DNA of 27,674 nucleotides from a virus. Lineage: Duplodnaviria > Heunggongvirae > Uroviricota > Caudoviricetes. The stretch lies in the IMG/VR virus record IMGVR_UViG_2799113139_000004; one strand, 5' to 3'. The position numbers were made by a program, and so were the translations under genes. The notes beneath the pieces were generated by a model. It did no database searches and had not been told where the DNA came from. It was given only the letters and a program-made list of their open reading frames with translations. Positions 1 to 8,066 of this stretch are shown here, piece by piece; position 1 is the stretch's first letter, and each line of letters opens with the position of its first letter.

Positions 1-1472
1 TTCTGGGCGAAGTTGCCACCGCCGGGCATGTTTTGCAGCTCGGCTTTGTGGGCGGGGTCGGCCATGTAGTGGCCTATCTTGTTGGCGACTTCGGCACCCT
101 CCTTGCTGTGGTCGCCAGCCCATTGAATGGCGTCATCGACCTTGCCGGACTGATCGCCGTACGGCTCTGCTAGGAGACCGCGGATGAACTTCTCACCCTC
201 GGTCGGTTCGCCGGTCACGATGGCATGAACGTCCGAATGATCTTGTGCGCCACTGTGATAGATGTCGGCCAGAGCGTTCGTCAGCGGGCCGTGAGCATCA
301 GAGATGATATGCGTGGGCAAGCCAGTGCGGCTGTCGATGTCGGCATTGCTGAAGGCGGTACCCGCTTCCAACATGGCCTTGCCCGCCTCCGAGCCGTTCA
401 GATAACCAGGGGAGGTGCCCTCGAAGATCTTGGCCACCTCCTGCAAGTCACCAACGCCATTGAGATGCACGTTAGGCAGACCCGCCTTGTCGGCTGCCGG
501 ACCAATACCTGGCGAGCTGACGGTCACCCAATCGCCGCGCGTCACCGCCTGACGGATGGAGTCGGGCAAGTTCGCGGCGCTACCCGCAGTCGGGATGAAG
601 GTGCCCTTGGTGTCATCAGTGACCCCACTGGCGTTGCTCACCCCCGACTTGATGTTCTTACTGGACACCAGCGCCAACCCATTACGCACGGCAGCCTGAT
701 CGGCCGGGTTCTTCAGTCCATTGATGATCTGGTCAATCTCAGTGCGAGACTTGCCATCTAAGGCTTGCGAGAGCTGATACAGGTATTGCATCCGGTTGGA
801 GGCGATGACGGTCGGCTTGCCGACCTGATCAGCGTCCAACGTGGCGGCAGCGCGCACCCGAGCAAGTACCGCTGGGTCGGACAAGTCACCGCTCGCTAGC
901 AGCACGCCATCGTTGTGACCGTTGGTGGAAGTCAGCTCAGCGACGGGGTTGAGCGAGATACCCAATTCGTCGGAGATGGCGTCGATCTGCTTGGCCACCT
1001 TCAGCTCGGCGCTCCACCATTTGTCATAGGCCGCCCGTAGTCGCTCGGTGAACCGAGCCGCGATGCGTTCACCATCGGCGATCGCGTCTGGGCGAGCGCG
1101 CGGTGGCACGATCCAGTCAACCTTCAAGTCCTCGGCCACGCTGTAGCCATTGCCGGTGTACTCCTCATACAGCTTGACGGCACGACTGTGAGCATCGATG
1201 ACTTCGAAGACAACCGCGTCCAGAGCGGCCGACGACTTGTCCTGAAGGTGTTGACCCGTCTGGTAAATCGTCTTCTCGTCGATACTCGCGGTCTCTTGAG
1301 CGGCGGAGGCTGACGCCCCGCTCCAAGGCTGTCCGCCGGGTAGGTCTATGGCGCGCTGATAGGTCTTACCCTCTTGCTGCAATTCAGCGCCAGTGAGCAC
1401 CGTCTGGCGAAGTGGGGACGCTACAGTTTCTTCGAGATGAGCGTTCAAGAGCAGCGTCAGTGACCGGGACAT
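1..1472 (-). CDS. ESX/type VII-secreted WXG-type protein, probable polymorphic toxin (3' end outside window, >490 aa)
   Basis: Absent from the ORF track because it has no stop in the window. Hand translation from ATG 1472 is open to base 1: MSRSLTLLLNAHLEETVASPLRQ...GGQPWSGASASAAQE...GNGYSVAEDLKVDW. W50-S-G52 and the G(F/Y)xVxED motif are typical of mycobacterial WXG-fusion N-termini. TGATG overlap with the upstream gene. Confidence 0.75.
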   Translation of the reverse strand, partial: MSRSLTLLLNAHLEETVASPLRQTVLTGAELQQEGKTYQRAIDLPGGQPWSGASASAAQETASIDEKTIYQTGQHLQDKSSAALDAVVFEVIDAHSRAVKLYEEYTGNGYSVAEDLKVDWIVPPRARPDAIADGERIAARFTERLRAAYDKWWSAELKVAKQIDAISDELGISLNPVAELTSTNGHNDGVLLASGDLSDPAVLARVRAAATLDADQVGKPTVIASNRMQYLYQLSQALDGKSRTEIDQIINGLKNPADQAAVRNGLALVSSKNIKSGVSNASGVTDDTKGTFIPTAGSAANLPDSIRQAVTRGDWVTVSSPGIGPAADKAGLPNVHLNGVGDLQEVAKIFEGTSPGYLNGSEAGKAMLEAGTAFSNADIDSRTGLPTHIISDAHGPLTNALADIYHSGAQDHSDVHAIVTGEPTEGEKFIRGLLAEPYGDQSGKVDDAIQWAGDHSKEGAEVANKIGHYMADPAHKAELQNMPGGGNFAQ

Positions 1473-1783
1473 CAGCGCATCCCTCGGGCCAACGGGGCCG
1501 TTGATTCGATCAACTGCGTGACGTGTTCCTCGGTGGCCGCCAGCCCGTGATGAAGCTGCACCGACCAGCCCGCCACGTTCCGGCAGCGCGCTGCAAACGT
1601 GCGCTGCACTCCCGGAATCGCTTCGGTCACCAGACGGTGCACCGCGATCTGTGTGGGTGTCGTATAGCCGCCAGCAGTGGCCGGATTGCCGGCCTTGCTC
1701 TCCAGCTTCACAGCCAGGTCATCCAGGTCTGGCGCGAGACGCGCCAGGGCTGCCATATCAACCTTCAACTGCTCATCAGACAT
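1472..1783 (-). CDS. Small ESX substrate-like helical protein (type VII secretion target / WXG100-like), 103 aa
   Basis: MSDEQLKVDMAALARLAPDLDDLA start resembles ESX partner proteins; ~100 aa, helical; RBS GAGGGGTGG; coupled to the downstream WXG gene. No canonical WxG. Confidence 0.55.
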   Translation of the reverse strand: MSDEQLKVDMAALARLAPDLDDLAVKLESKAGNPATAGGYTTPTQIAVHRLVTEAIPGVQRTFAARCRNVAGWSVQLHHGLAATEEHVTQLIESTAPLARGMR

Positions 1784-1811
1784 CGATCCACCCCTCGCCG
1801 ATTTGCCGAAA

Positions 1812-1817
1812 AGGCTA
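1812..1817 (-). promoter_or_regulatory. Candidate -10 box (TAGCCT) for the ESX gene pair
   Basis: TANNNT hexamer about 30 nt upstream of ATG 1783. Confidence 0.3.
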
Positions 1818-1859
1818 CACCGTGGACCGATGAGCTGCCACGCATTCGCGGCATAGCGG

Positions 1860-1932
1860 TGCCCCCTGTAGGGCTCGAACCTACGACCTACTGATTAAAA
1901 GTCAGCAGCTCTACCAACTGAGCTAAAGGGGC
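1860..1932 (-). tRNA. tRNA-Lys(TTT), divergent second copy
   Basis: Reverse complement GCCCCTTTAGCTCAGTTGGTAGAGCTGCTGACTTTTAATCAGTAGGTCGTAGGTTCGAGCCCTACAGGGGGCA folds as a cloverleaf; anticodon TTT; CCA not fully encoded. Confidence 0.93.
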
Positions 1933-1941
1933 GGCCCGCAT

Positions 1942-1947
1942 AGGCTA
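1942..1947 (-). promoter_or_regulatory. Candidate -10 box (TAGCCT) of the second tRNA-Lys
   Basis: TANNNT 9 nt upstream of the tRNA 5' end; the other tRNA-Lys has TATCCT at near-identical spacing (10828-10833). Confidence 0.45.
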
Positions 1948-2090
1948 TCTGATCCGAGCGCCCGCGAGACGCGCCAGGTAACCCCAGGGCTCTGACCTGC
2001 ATTGATCAAAATTCAAGTAAGCTACACTACAAGCTACAGTGACCCCGACAGCAAACCCAAAAATGCTGGTTCACGTGCGTAGATGGAAAA

Positions 2091-2645
2091 TCAGTTGAGA
2101 AGCAAACGCGGATTAAAAGTCCGCAGGATTGCGCAAAAGATCCGCAGATTCGCCAGCTGCCAGCCGCTCAGGCCCCAGTCGAGCCTGAGCGGAAGGCGGC
2201 ATAAGAGTCCGTAGTTTCCAGCCCAGACCGCGATCGGTGGTGCTGGCCTTATGGTCGGGCCTCGGCGACATAGGGTTCCATGATCACCACATCCGACGAA
2301 AATCCTTGGCGCCCAGCGCTTGTATCGGCCTCGGCGTGCGCTGGCGGTGCAGTGGGCGCAGGCACGACCCTTCCCGGGTGCGACGGATGGCTCGCTGCCG
2401 TCCTGCTCCACATCCAGCGTCCAGCCGTTGGCGCGGGTAGTGATGGTCATCGTGGTGTTCCCAGTGGGCTGGCCCAGCTCGGCCAGCGTGCCCGCCTGTG
2501 CGAGAGTGACTATCACGGCCAGACCCCAATCCTGCCCGCCGGATTGGCGCTTAAGGTCGGGGATATCCGGCGGCGTGGAACGCCACTTACCTGGGTCGGT
2601 GTCCATGAGGACCTTGCCGTCGACGGTGATCTTGATATTGCTCAT
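2091..2645 (-). CDS. Phage hypothetical protein; probably frameshifted, with the true end near 2249
   Basis: ATGA-type overlap with 2642..3040. The annotated frame crosses the att core; removing one G at 2368-2370 gives ...KVVPAPTAPPAHAEADTSAGRQGFSSDVVIMEPYVAEARP* ending at 2249. Confidence 0.6.
   Translation of the reverse strand: MSNIKITVDGKVLMDTDPGKWRSTPPDIPDLKRQSGGQDWGLAVIVTLAQAGTLAELGQPTGNTTMTITTRANGWTLDVEQDGSEPSVAPGKGRACAHCTASARRGRYKRWAPRIFVGCGDHGTLCRRGPTIRPAPPIAVWAGNYGLLCRLPLRLDWGLSGWQLANLRIFCAILRTFNPRLLLN
2108..2123. repeat. att core, left copy (GCGGATTAAAAGTCCG)
   Basis: Exact 16-bp match to 10775-10790, the anticodon arm of tRNA-Lys. Confidence 0.9.
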
Positions 2646-3040
2646 TGGGCTAGGAACTTTCGTAGTTGACGGGCATCGATCGTCACGTCGTCGGTCTTGC
2701 CGACCGTCAGCACCAACAAGGGCGTGGCGCGCTGGTGGTCGGTGCGGTCGTACAGCGTGACGATTCGGGTGCCGTCCGGCGCTTCTGCGGCGTCCTGGCG
2801 CAGCTGTGCCGCATCGGCTTTGGTGAGTACGTCGAATTCGCCATCGATGACCGACTCGATGGCCTCGGCCCAGAGCTTGGCGGCCTGGCCGATCATTTCC
2901 TGCGCTTGGTCTTCAGGCATACCGGTCGCCCGGAAGCCGGGAATCGGAATCACTCGTGCGGGACTGTTTGCGTTGCCGGGATGTTGAAGGGCTCCCGAAG
3001 CGAACGTGCGAGTGAGCAGGTCGACTAGGGATTGGTTCAC
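2642..3040 (-). CDS. Phage hypothetical protein, 132 aa
   Basis: Strong RBS AAAGGAGGG upstream of GTG; protein-like composition; coupled to the next gene. Confidence 0.8.
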   Translation of the reverse strand: MNQSLVDLLTRTFASGALQHPGNANSPARVIPIPGFRATGMPEDQAQEMIGQAAKLWAEAIESVIDGEFDVLTKADAAQLRQDAAEAPDGTRIVTLYDRTDHQRATPLLVLTVGKTDDVTIDARQLRKFLAQ

Positions 3041-3182
3041 AGCGCGTGTGCCCTCCTTTGGAGGCTGCCAGCGTTATGGCGGGGTCGCTCTGGCGACTGG
3101 CGGCCTGGCGTAAATGAACTGGCCAGTGCATAGTGAGAAGAAAGTCAGCAAAGTAGTGGTCATGTGCAAGGGAGGGGTTGCA

Positions 3183-3662
3183 GTGAGCGTTGGGCTGATG
3201 GCACTGACGCCGGTTGTGGTGGTGTTTGGCTATCTCGGTTGGCAATCGGCCCGCGGCGTCGGGCGCTGGGTGCTAGATCGTCGGCGCCGTGACGTTTCAA
3301 ATGCCGCCCTGGGATCCGAGTCGGAGGCCGGGGACGCCACAGGAATCTTTGATGGCAAACCTACTGGGCGGATTCGCGTGAAGAGTCAATCCGAATCCAG
3401 CTGGGAACTAGCGATAGAACCGATAGGTGACCATGTTCAGCTTCCTAGCGGCGACGATGCGCTCATCGAGTACGTGTTACCTGGTAGGCCGATGATCACT
3501 CGAGATGGTGTACCGGAGGTAATCGCTTACTCTGATCGCGGCATCGTTGTGTGCCTACCGCGATTCGACGAGTTCAGGGTCCTCAACAAGGCAGGCGAGA
3601 TACTCATTGAAGTCGGAACCATAGGGCCGAAGCCCAGGAGTAGTGACGAAAACCCCAGCTAG
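3183..3662 (+). CDS. Membrane-anchored hypothetical protein (cassette 1)
   Basis: GTG 3183 after GGGAGGGG (ORF track starts at 3114); N-terminal hydrophobic segment followed by RRRR; stop lies inside the hairpin. Confidence 0.7.
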   Translation: MSVGLMALTPVVVVFGYLGWQSARGVGRWVLDRRRRDVSNAALGSESEAGDATGIFDGKPTGRIRVKSQSESSWELAIEPIGDHVQLPSGDDALIEYVLPGRPMITRDGVPEVIAYSDRGIVVCLPRFDEFRVLNKAGEILIEVGTIGPKPRSSDENPS

Positions 3663-3674
3663 ACCGGGGTTTTC
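3648..3674. terminator. Hairpin, probable bidirectional terminator
   Basis: GAAAACCCC-agctagacc-GGGGTTTTC. Confidence 0.7.
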
Positions 3675-3822
3675 ATACGGTGGACATAGTTGTCCAGGTC
3701 AAGAGATTGCCCGCCCAGCGGCGTCTTGAGCTGGTGACCTACTGCCCGGCGTTGAGATTCTGGCCAGTCCATAATGAGAAGAACGTCAGCAAAGTGGCTG
3801 CCAGATGCAAGGAGTGGTTGCA

Positions 3823-4086
3823 GTGAGCATTGGGCTGATCGCGCTGACGCCGTTTGCGGTGTTACTCGGGTACCTCTGCTGGCAGTTAGTCCGCAAAGCG
3901 AGCCCTCGGGGGCCAGATCATGGCGGTCGTCGCGTTTCGGACGGTGCGCCTGGGTATAGCCCGGGAGCCGGGGCCGACACGGGAACCTTTGGCTTCTTCG
4001 GCGGATTCGGCGGAGGCAGTGGCGGCGGGTACTGCGACAGCGGCGGATTTAGTGACGGCGGTGGTGGGTGCGACGGCGGTAGCTGA
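3823..4086 (+). CDS. Small membrane protein with Gly-rich tail (cassette 2)
   Basis: GTG 3823 after AAGGAG; N-terminus MSIGLIALTPFAVLLGYLCWQ is paralogous to cassette 1; ends GGGSGGGYCDSGGFSDGGGGCDGGS. Confidence 0.7.
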   Translation: MSIGLIALTPFAVLLGYLCWQLVRKASPRGPDHGGRRVSDGAPGYSPGAGADTGTFGFFGGFGGGSGGGYCDSGGFSDGGGGCDGGS

Positions 4087-4107
4087 CCGCCAGAGCCTCG
4101 AAACGAC

Positions 4108-4134
4108 GAAAACCCCAGCTAGGCTGGGGTTTTC
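4108..4134. terminator. Perfect 12-bp hairpin, probable bidirectional terminator
   Basis: GAAAACCCCAGC-tag-GCTGGGGTTTTC between convergent genes. Confidence 0.8.
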
Positions 4135-4579
4135 ATGCGGTGGATATAGTTGTCCCACCGACATGTTGGGACTCATTTTGCCATACGTGCAGGTCAGGCC
4201 TGCGATATCGGCGCTTTCGCGTGTCGCGACGCCACAGGGTGTGCGCGGCCATGAGTGCTGAGGCCAGCGCTGGCGCGTCCTGCACGGGCAGCTTGTCGGG
4301 CACGTTGCGAATGGCCACCTGGTCGCCGTGCGGGCTGATGCGAACGGCGCCGTCAGACCATGGTTGTGCGGTGATCGGTACTCGGACATATTGCCGGCCG
4401 GACTCGTAGGTCTCGACCTCGGGTAGTGCGATGACCACGTGGCCCCTGGACTTGAGGGCGTCGGGCAGTATCGAGGCGACGATGTCGGCGACCTGCGCCT
4501 GCGTGTACACGATGGTCTCGGTCTGACCTTCGGCGCCGATGCTCTCGATGACCTCACGAATGGCCTTCCGGGCGTCCAT
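4133..4579 (-). CDS. Phage hypothetical protein; 3' end possibly frameshifted
   Basis: MDARKAIREVIESI... is protein-like. The tail runs into the terminator; one extra A at 4215-4217 would give ...DTRKAPISQA* ending at 4194. Confidence 0.65.
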   Translation of the reverse strand: MDARKAIREVIESIGAEGQTETIVYTQAQVADIVASILPDALKSRGHVVIALPEVETYESGRQYVRVPITAQPWSDGAVRISPHGDQVAIRNVPDKLPVQDAPALASALMAAHTLWRRDTRKRRYRRPDLHVWQNESQHVGGTTISTA

Positions 4580-4870
4580 GGGCGAGTTCTACGCCGAGAG
4601 TCCGACATGACGGCTAGATCGCGGGCAGAAGATGAAGATCTGGCGAACACGGTCCGACCCGCCGAGCGAGACGTGGCGTCCCATGGTCGATGTTGCTCCA
4701 AGATCGCGGTACCGCGCGAGGGTCTTCATGCTGTGTCTACCAGCGGAGATGCAAGCCCGTGCTGAAGTGGCTAACTCTTTAGCTGGGGTTTTCTCGACAT
4801 GGCAACCATATGTGTGTAATGATCTGCCCAGGGGCGCGTTCAGCGTCGGCTGAAAGGGGCGGTTGTATTC

Positions 4871-6055
4871 ATGGTCATGAAGGAGCGTTGGACGATGCCA
4901 GCGGGTTTGCGGCGAGCCTCGGCGCTGGTGGCAATTGTCGCTTTGGCTGTCGGTGGAGCGAAGGTTATCGACGGCCACACCGTCGCTGGTAGCGGCTTTT
5001 CGGCGGTCGCGACCGTGGCAGCTGATCCCACTGGCGGCCCAACAGGCGGGCCTGGCAGCGGGCCCGGAGGAATGAATGGAAGTCAGTTTCAGCCACCTTC
5101 TGCGCCTCAGCAGATGCCCGACTATCAGGGTGGAAACAACTTGCCGCCGCTAGATCAGAATGGCGGAATCAGCATCTATAACAGCGGGGTTCAAGGTGCC
5201 CCGCAACAGGCGCCGGGTGAGCAAAGCGCGCAACAGCCTCAGCAGGGCTGGGATCAGCCCGCTCATGGGAATCAGATTCCTGACTATCAAACGAATCCCG
5301 GGTTCACCCAAGGCCCCGGTAAGCCCAACCCGGACGCTCAAGCGCCTCAGCAAGGCAACCAGCCTCAGCAGGGTCAGCAGCAGCCGAGTCAAGCCCCGAC
5401 ACAACAGCAGCAGCCGGGGCAGGAGCGCGATAGTGATCGAATTCGGGATTTCTCCGAGAGGTGCAGTCTGGCGTCTGATGTGCTGCAGTCGGGAAGTGTG
5501 CCGGTCTCGCTGATCGGTGCGGCAGGGGGCGCCTTGGTGAATGCGCGCCTCGAGCCTGGTCGGGACCCGAGTATTCCGATTTGCCCGGACTGTAACCCAC
5601 CGGTTCTTAAGCAATTCACTGATGGGGACAATCCGCTGGATCAGTTGTGGCGGGATGTGCTCAAAAAGTACGTCGACGAGAAGATGGATGAAGCCAAAGA
5701 AGAGGCCATTGACAGTGCTTTGGAGCCGTTGAAGAAGTGGCTCTCGGAGAACTCGACGGCGGACTGCGGTATCACCTCATGCTCGGTCTATTTCCACAAG
5801 AACGTAACGAAGTGGCTTAAGGACAACGCAGCACTTACTGCTCTTGCTCCGGCGGTAAGCGGCTATATCCTGTGCACTGTCGTCGGCGCTAAAACTAACG
5901 CGTATGTGGGTGGCGCATGCGGATTGGCGAATACCGCCAGCTGGGCTTTTCTTATCAATGCCATCAACCGTGCGGGCGACGGCACTGGTTGCCTGCGCGT
6001 GCGTGCGGGTATCCCTGCCGGGTATTACGCTGATCATTCGGGGTTCTGTGTATGA
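4871..6055 (+). CDS. Exported P/Q-rich protein with PDYQGG/PPLDQN module and Cys-containing hydrophobic C-terminal domain, 394 aa
   Basis: Hydrophobic signal (RRASALVAIVALAVGGA), VAA-DP candidate cleavage site, module shared with 23449..25605, Q-rich linker. Confidence 0.85.
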   Translation: MVMKERWTMPAGLRRASALVAIVALAVGGAKVIDGHTVAGSGFSAVATVAADPTGGPTGGPGSGPGGMNGSQFQPPSAPQQMPDYQGGNNLPPLDQNGGISIYNSGVQGAPQQAPGEQSAQQPQQGWDQPAHGNQIPDYQTNPGFTQGPGKPNPDAQAPQQGNQPQQGQQQPSQAPTQQQQPGQERDSDRIRDFSERCSLASDVLQSGSVPVSLIGAAGGALVNARLEPGRDPSIPICPDCNPPVLKQFTDGDNPLDQLWRDVLKKYVDEKMDEAKEEAIDSALEPLKKWLSENSTADCGITSCSVYFHKNVTKWLKDNAALTALAPAVSGYILCTVVGAKTNAYVGGACGLANTASWAFLINAINRAGDGTGCLRVRAGIPAGYYADHSGFCV

Positions 6056-6489
6056 GCAAGCAGCTTATGAGGAGATATGCCGTCGCGTTTGGTGCCGTGG
6101 CCGTGCTGGTGGGATGCTCCGCCCCCGAAGAGGGTGCGGGGGAAGTCCCTGCGGTAGAGAAGGCCGTCCGGGGGTATGTTGAGGCCTATAACAGCGGGGA
6201 CGTTCAGCGGTATCTAGGTTCGATGTGCCCAAGCCTGAGGGATTCGCGTGTAGCAAAAACAAGATCGCCCGACCGAGATTTGAAGGATGCTCTTGTTCAG
6301 GATGGGGCGATGGCCCTCGACTCCATCACCGATGTTCACCTGGAATCGTCAACCAAGGCCACTGCGCTGGTTCAAATTCGCTACGCCAATGATGAGAAAA
6401 ACGGCGGTACCGGCGCCTTTCCGCAGAAGCAGGTTTTTATTAAGGACGGTGACCGTTGGATGATCTGCACTGGGAAGACCGACGAGTAA
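6052..6489 (+). CDS. Lipoprotein, Rv0361/NTF2-like
   Basis: Lipobox LVGC; AVRGYVEAYNSGD..YLGSMC and final VFIKDGDRWMIC are NTF2-like; ATGA overlap with the upstream gene. Confidence 0.75.
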   Translation: MSKQLMRRYAVAFGAVAVLVGCSAPEEGAGEVPAVEKAVRGYVEAYNSGDVQRYLGSMCPSLRDSRVAKTRSPDRDLKDALVQDGAMALDSITDVHLESSTKATALVQIRYANDEKNGGTGAFPQKQVFIKDGDRWMICTGKTDE

Positions 6490-6493
6490 TAGA

Positions 6494-6676
6494 GTGCGTC
6501 AGATGGAGAAGAAAACCGCCCTCAAGCGCCTCACTCTTTTGAATAGTGCAATTGCCGCTGCGTGGTGGCTCACCTATCCGCTATTAGGCCTCAAAGGTGT
6601 GGTTATAGGCGAAATCGTTATCTTTGTGGTCACGGTGATCGCGGCCGTGTCGATCGAGAGAAAGATGGAACGCTGA
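6494..6676 (+). CDS. Small two-TM membrane protein, 60 aa
   Basis: Two hydrophobic stretches; fills the gap between neighbouring operon genes. Confidence 0.65.
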   Translation: MRQMEKKTALKRLTLLNSAIAAAWWLTYPLLGLKGVVIGEIVIFVVTVIAAVSIERKMER

Positions 6677-6678
6677 GA

Positions 6679-7260
6679 ATGTTTGCCAAGACCGGATCTT
6701 TGATCGCTGGGATGGTCGTACTCTCAGTAGCGGGATGCTCAAGCACGGAGCCATCAGGGACGGGCGCCACGACAGTCCGTACCTCCGTAGCGTCAGGTCC
6801 GGTGGATTTCGCAAAGATCCCGGGACAAATACCTGCTGAGGCGGAAATGACGCAGCAGGGAAGCGAAGAGGCGCCTATCGGAGCCTGCGTCTACCTCAAG
6901 GGAAAACCCGGCAGCGTCACGCTAAACAAAGTGGACTGTGACTCCCAAGATGCGAACTACCGTGTCATCCAGAGAGTCGGCTTCCCTGACCAATGCGTCA
7001 ACGACGCAGACCGACGATTCTACTTGGGCAGTCCGCAGGGCGAATGGACTGCCTGCATGGACTACGCATGGACGAGTGAGGGCTGCATCAGCGTCGCGCC
7101 GGACAAGGTTGTCCGGGCCGAATGTGATGACAAAAATCTGCCGAACCGAGAACGGCCAATAACGATCTTATTCAATACGATTGATACCAGCCGCTGTCTT
7201 TTCGGCGGGTTTGCACATCCGGTGCGCCGGTTCACGGTATGTACGGAGACCCAGAAGTAG
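6679..7260 (+). CDS. LppU-family lipoprotein
   Basis: ATG 6679; lipobox VAGC; Cys pattern GACV..KVDC..ANYRV..QC..TACMD..GC..EC..C..FTVC. Confidence 0.8.
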   Translation: MFAKTGSLIAGMVVLSVAGCSSTEPSGTGATTVRTSVASGPVDFAKIPGQIPAEAEMTQQGSEEAPIGACVYLKGKPGSVTLNKVDCDSQDANYRVIQRVGFPDQCVNDADRRFYLGSPQGEWTACMDYAWTSEGCISVAPDKVVRAECDDKNLPNRERPITILFNTIDTSRCLFGGFAHPVRRFTVCTETQK

Positions 7261-7270
7261 CCTGTCATGT

Positions 7271-8066
7271 GTGGCTGATGGTGTAGCTCAGCGGCGGTGG
7301 ACCGCTGACGAGCTGGCAGTGGCGCTGGACCGGTCACTATCGTGCGCCGAGGCTGGCGCGAGGTTGGGCCGCACCCGGCTACAGGTGGAGAAGGCTCGAA
7401 AGCGGTACCGGGGACGCGATATTGAGCAACTGCTCGCCCAGAAACGTGGTCGCGCTGCCGAGCTAGAGCAGGTAGCCGAGACCGACATCGCCTGCTATGG
7501 GTCATGGACACCACAGGAGATCGCGATCGCACTGGATCGGTCGATTTCCCGCACTGAAGCGGCCCGCCGGTTGGGGCGTTCCTTCAGGGCGATCAAGCAC
7601 ATTCGAGACCTGCAGCGCCAAAAGGCCTCGGGTTTGATCCCGGCGCGCGAGTCGCGCGCGGAGCCGATACGGCAGCGCCTCTGGACCGAGGATGAGATCG
7701 CTGTCCTGGCCGATGAGTCCCGCACACCTACGGAGATTGCCGCCTTCGATCAATTCGGTCACTGTGGCTCGTGCGCGGTGGCTGGGGCGCTTGCAGGGCA
7801 AGGTCCCTGAACATCTGCACGGAACCAACACGGGCGTGAGCCGATACGGATGCCTATGTCCGCGGTGCCGGGACGCGGCCGAAGCAGAGCGGGAGCGACG
7901 CCAAGAGGCCACCCGGCACACGGCGGTCAACTACAAGGCGCCCTGGACCGACAGCGATATCGAGATCGCGCTAGATCGCAACCTGACCGTGATTGAGGCC
8001 GCCCAGCGCTTGGGACGAACCCACAGCGCGGTGCGTGCGCTGCGATACAAGTACCGAGACTCCTGA
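7271..8066 (+). pseudogene. Phage protein with four Myb/HTH-like repeats, frameshifted near 7745
   Basis: Repeats WTxxE..ALDRS.S..EAA.RLGR occur in ORF 7181..7810 (two complete, third broken after EIAA) and continue in ORF 7692..8066 (SINSV...CLCPRC...WTDSDIEIALDRN). Confidence 0.75.

Noticed and set aside
225-761. 178-aa plus-strand ORF
   Set aside because: Antisense shadow of the WXG-type gene, whose minus-strand frame is open throughout.
2205-2260. Integrase expected downstream of the degron tail
   Set aside because: No tyrosine (R-H-R-Y) or serine recombinase ORF was recognised here or elsewhere in the window.
3645-4155. Repeats as a CRISPR array or IS inverted ends
   Set aside because: Only two copies flanking whole genes; no cas or transposase gene; they behave as terminators.
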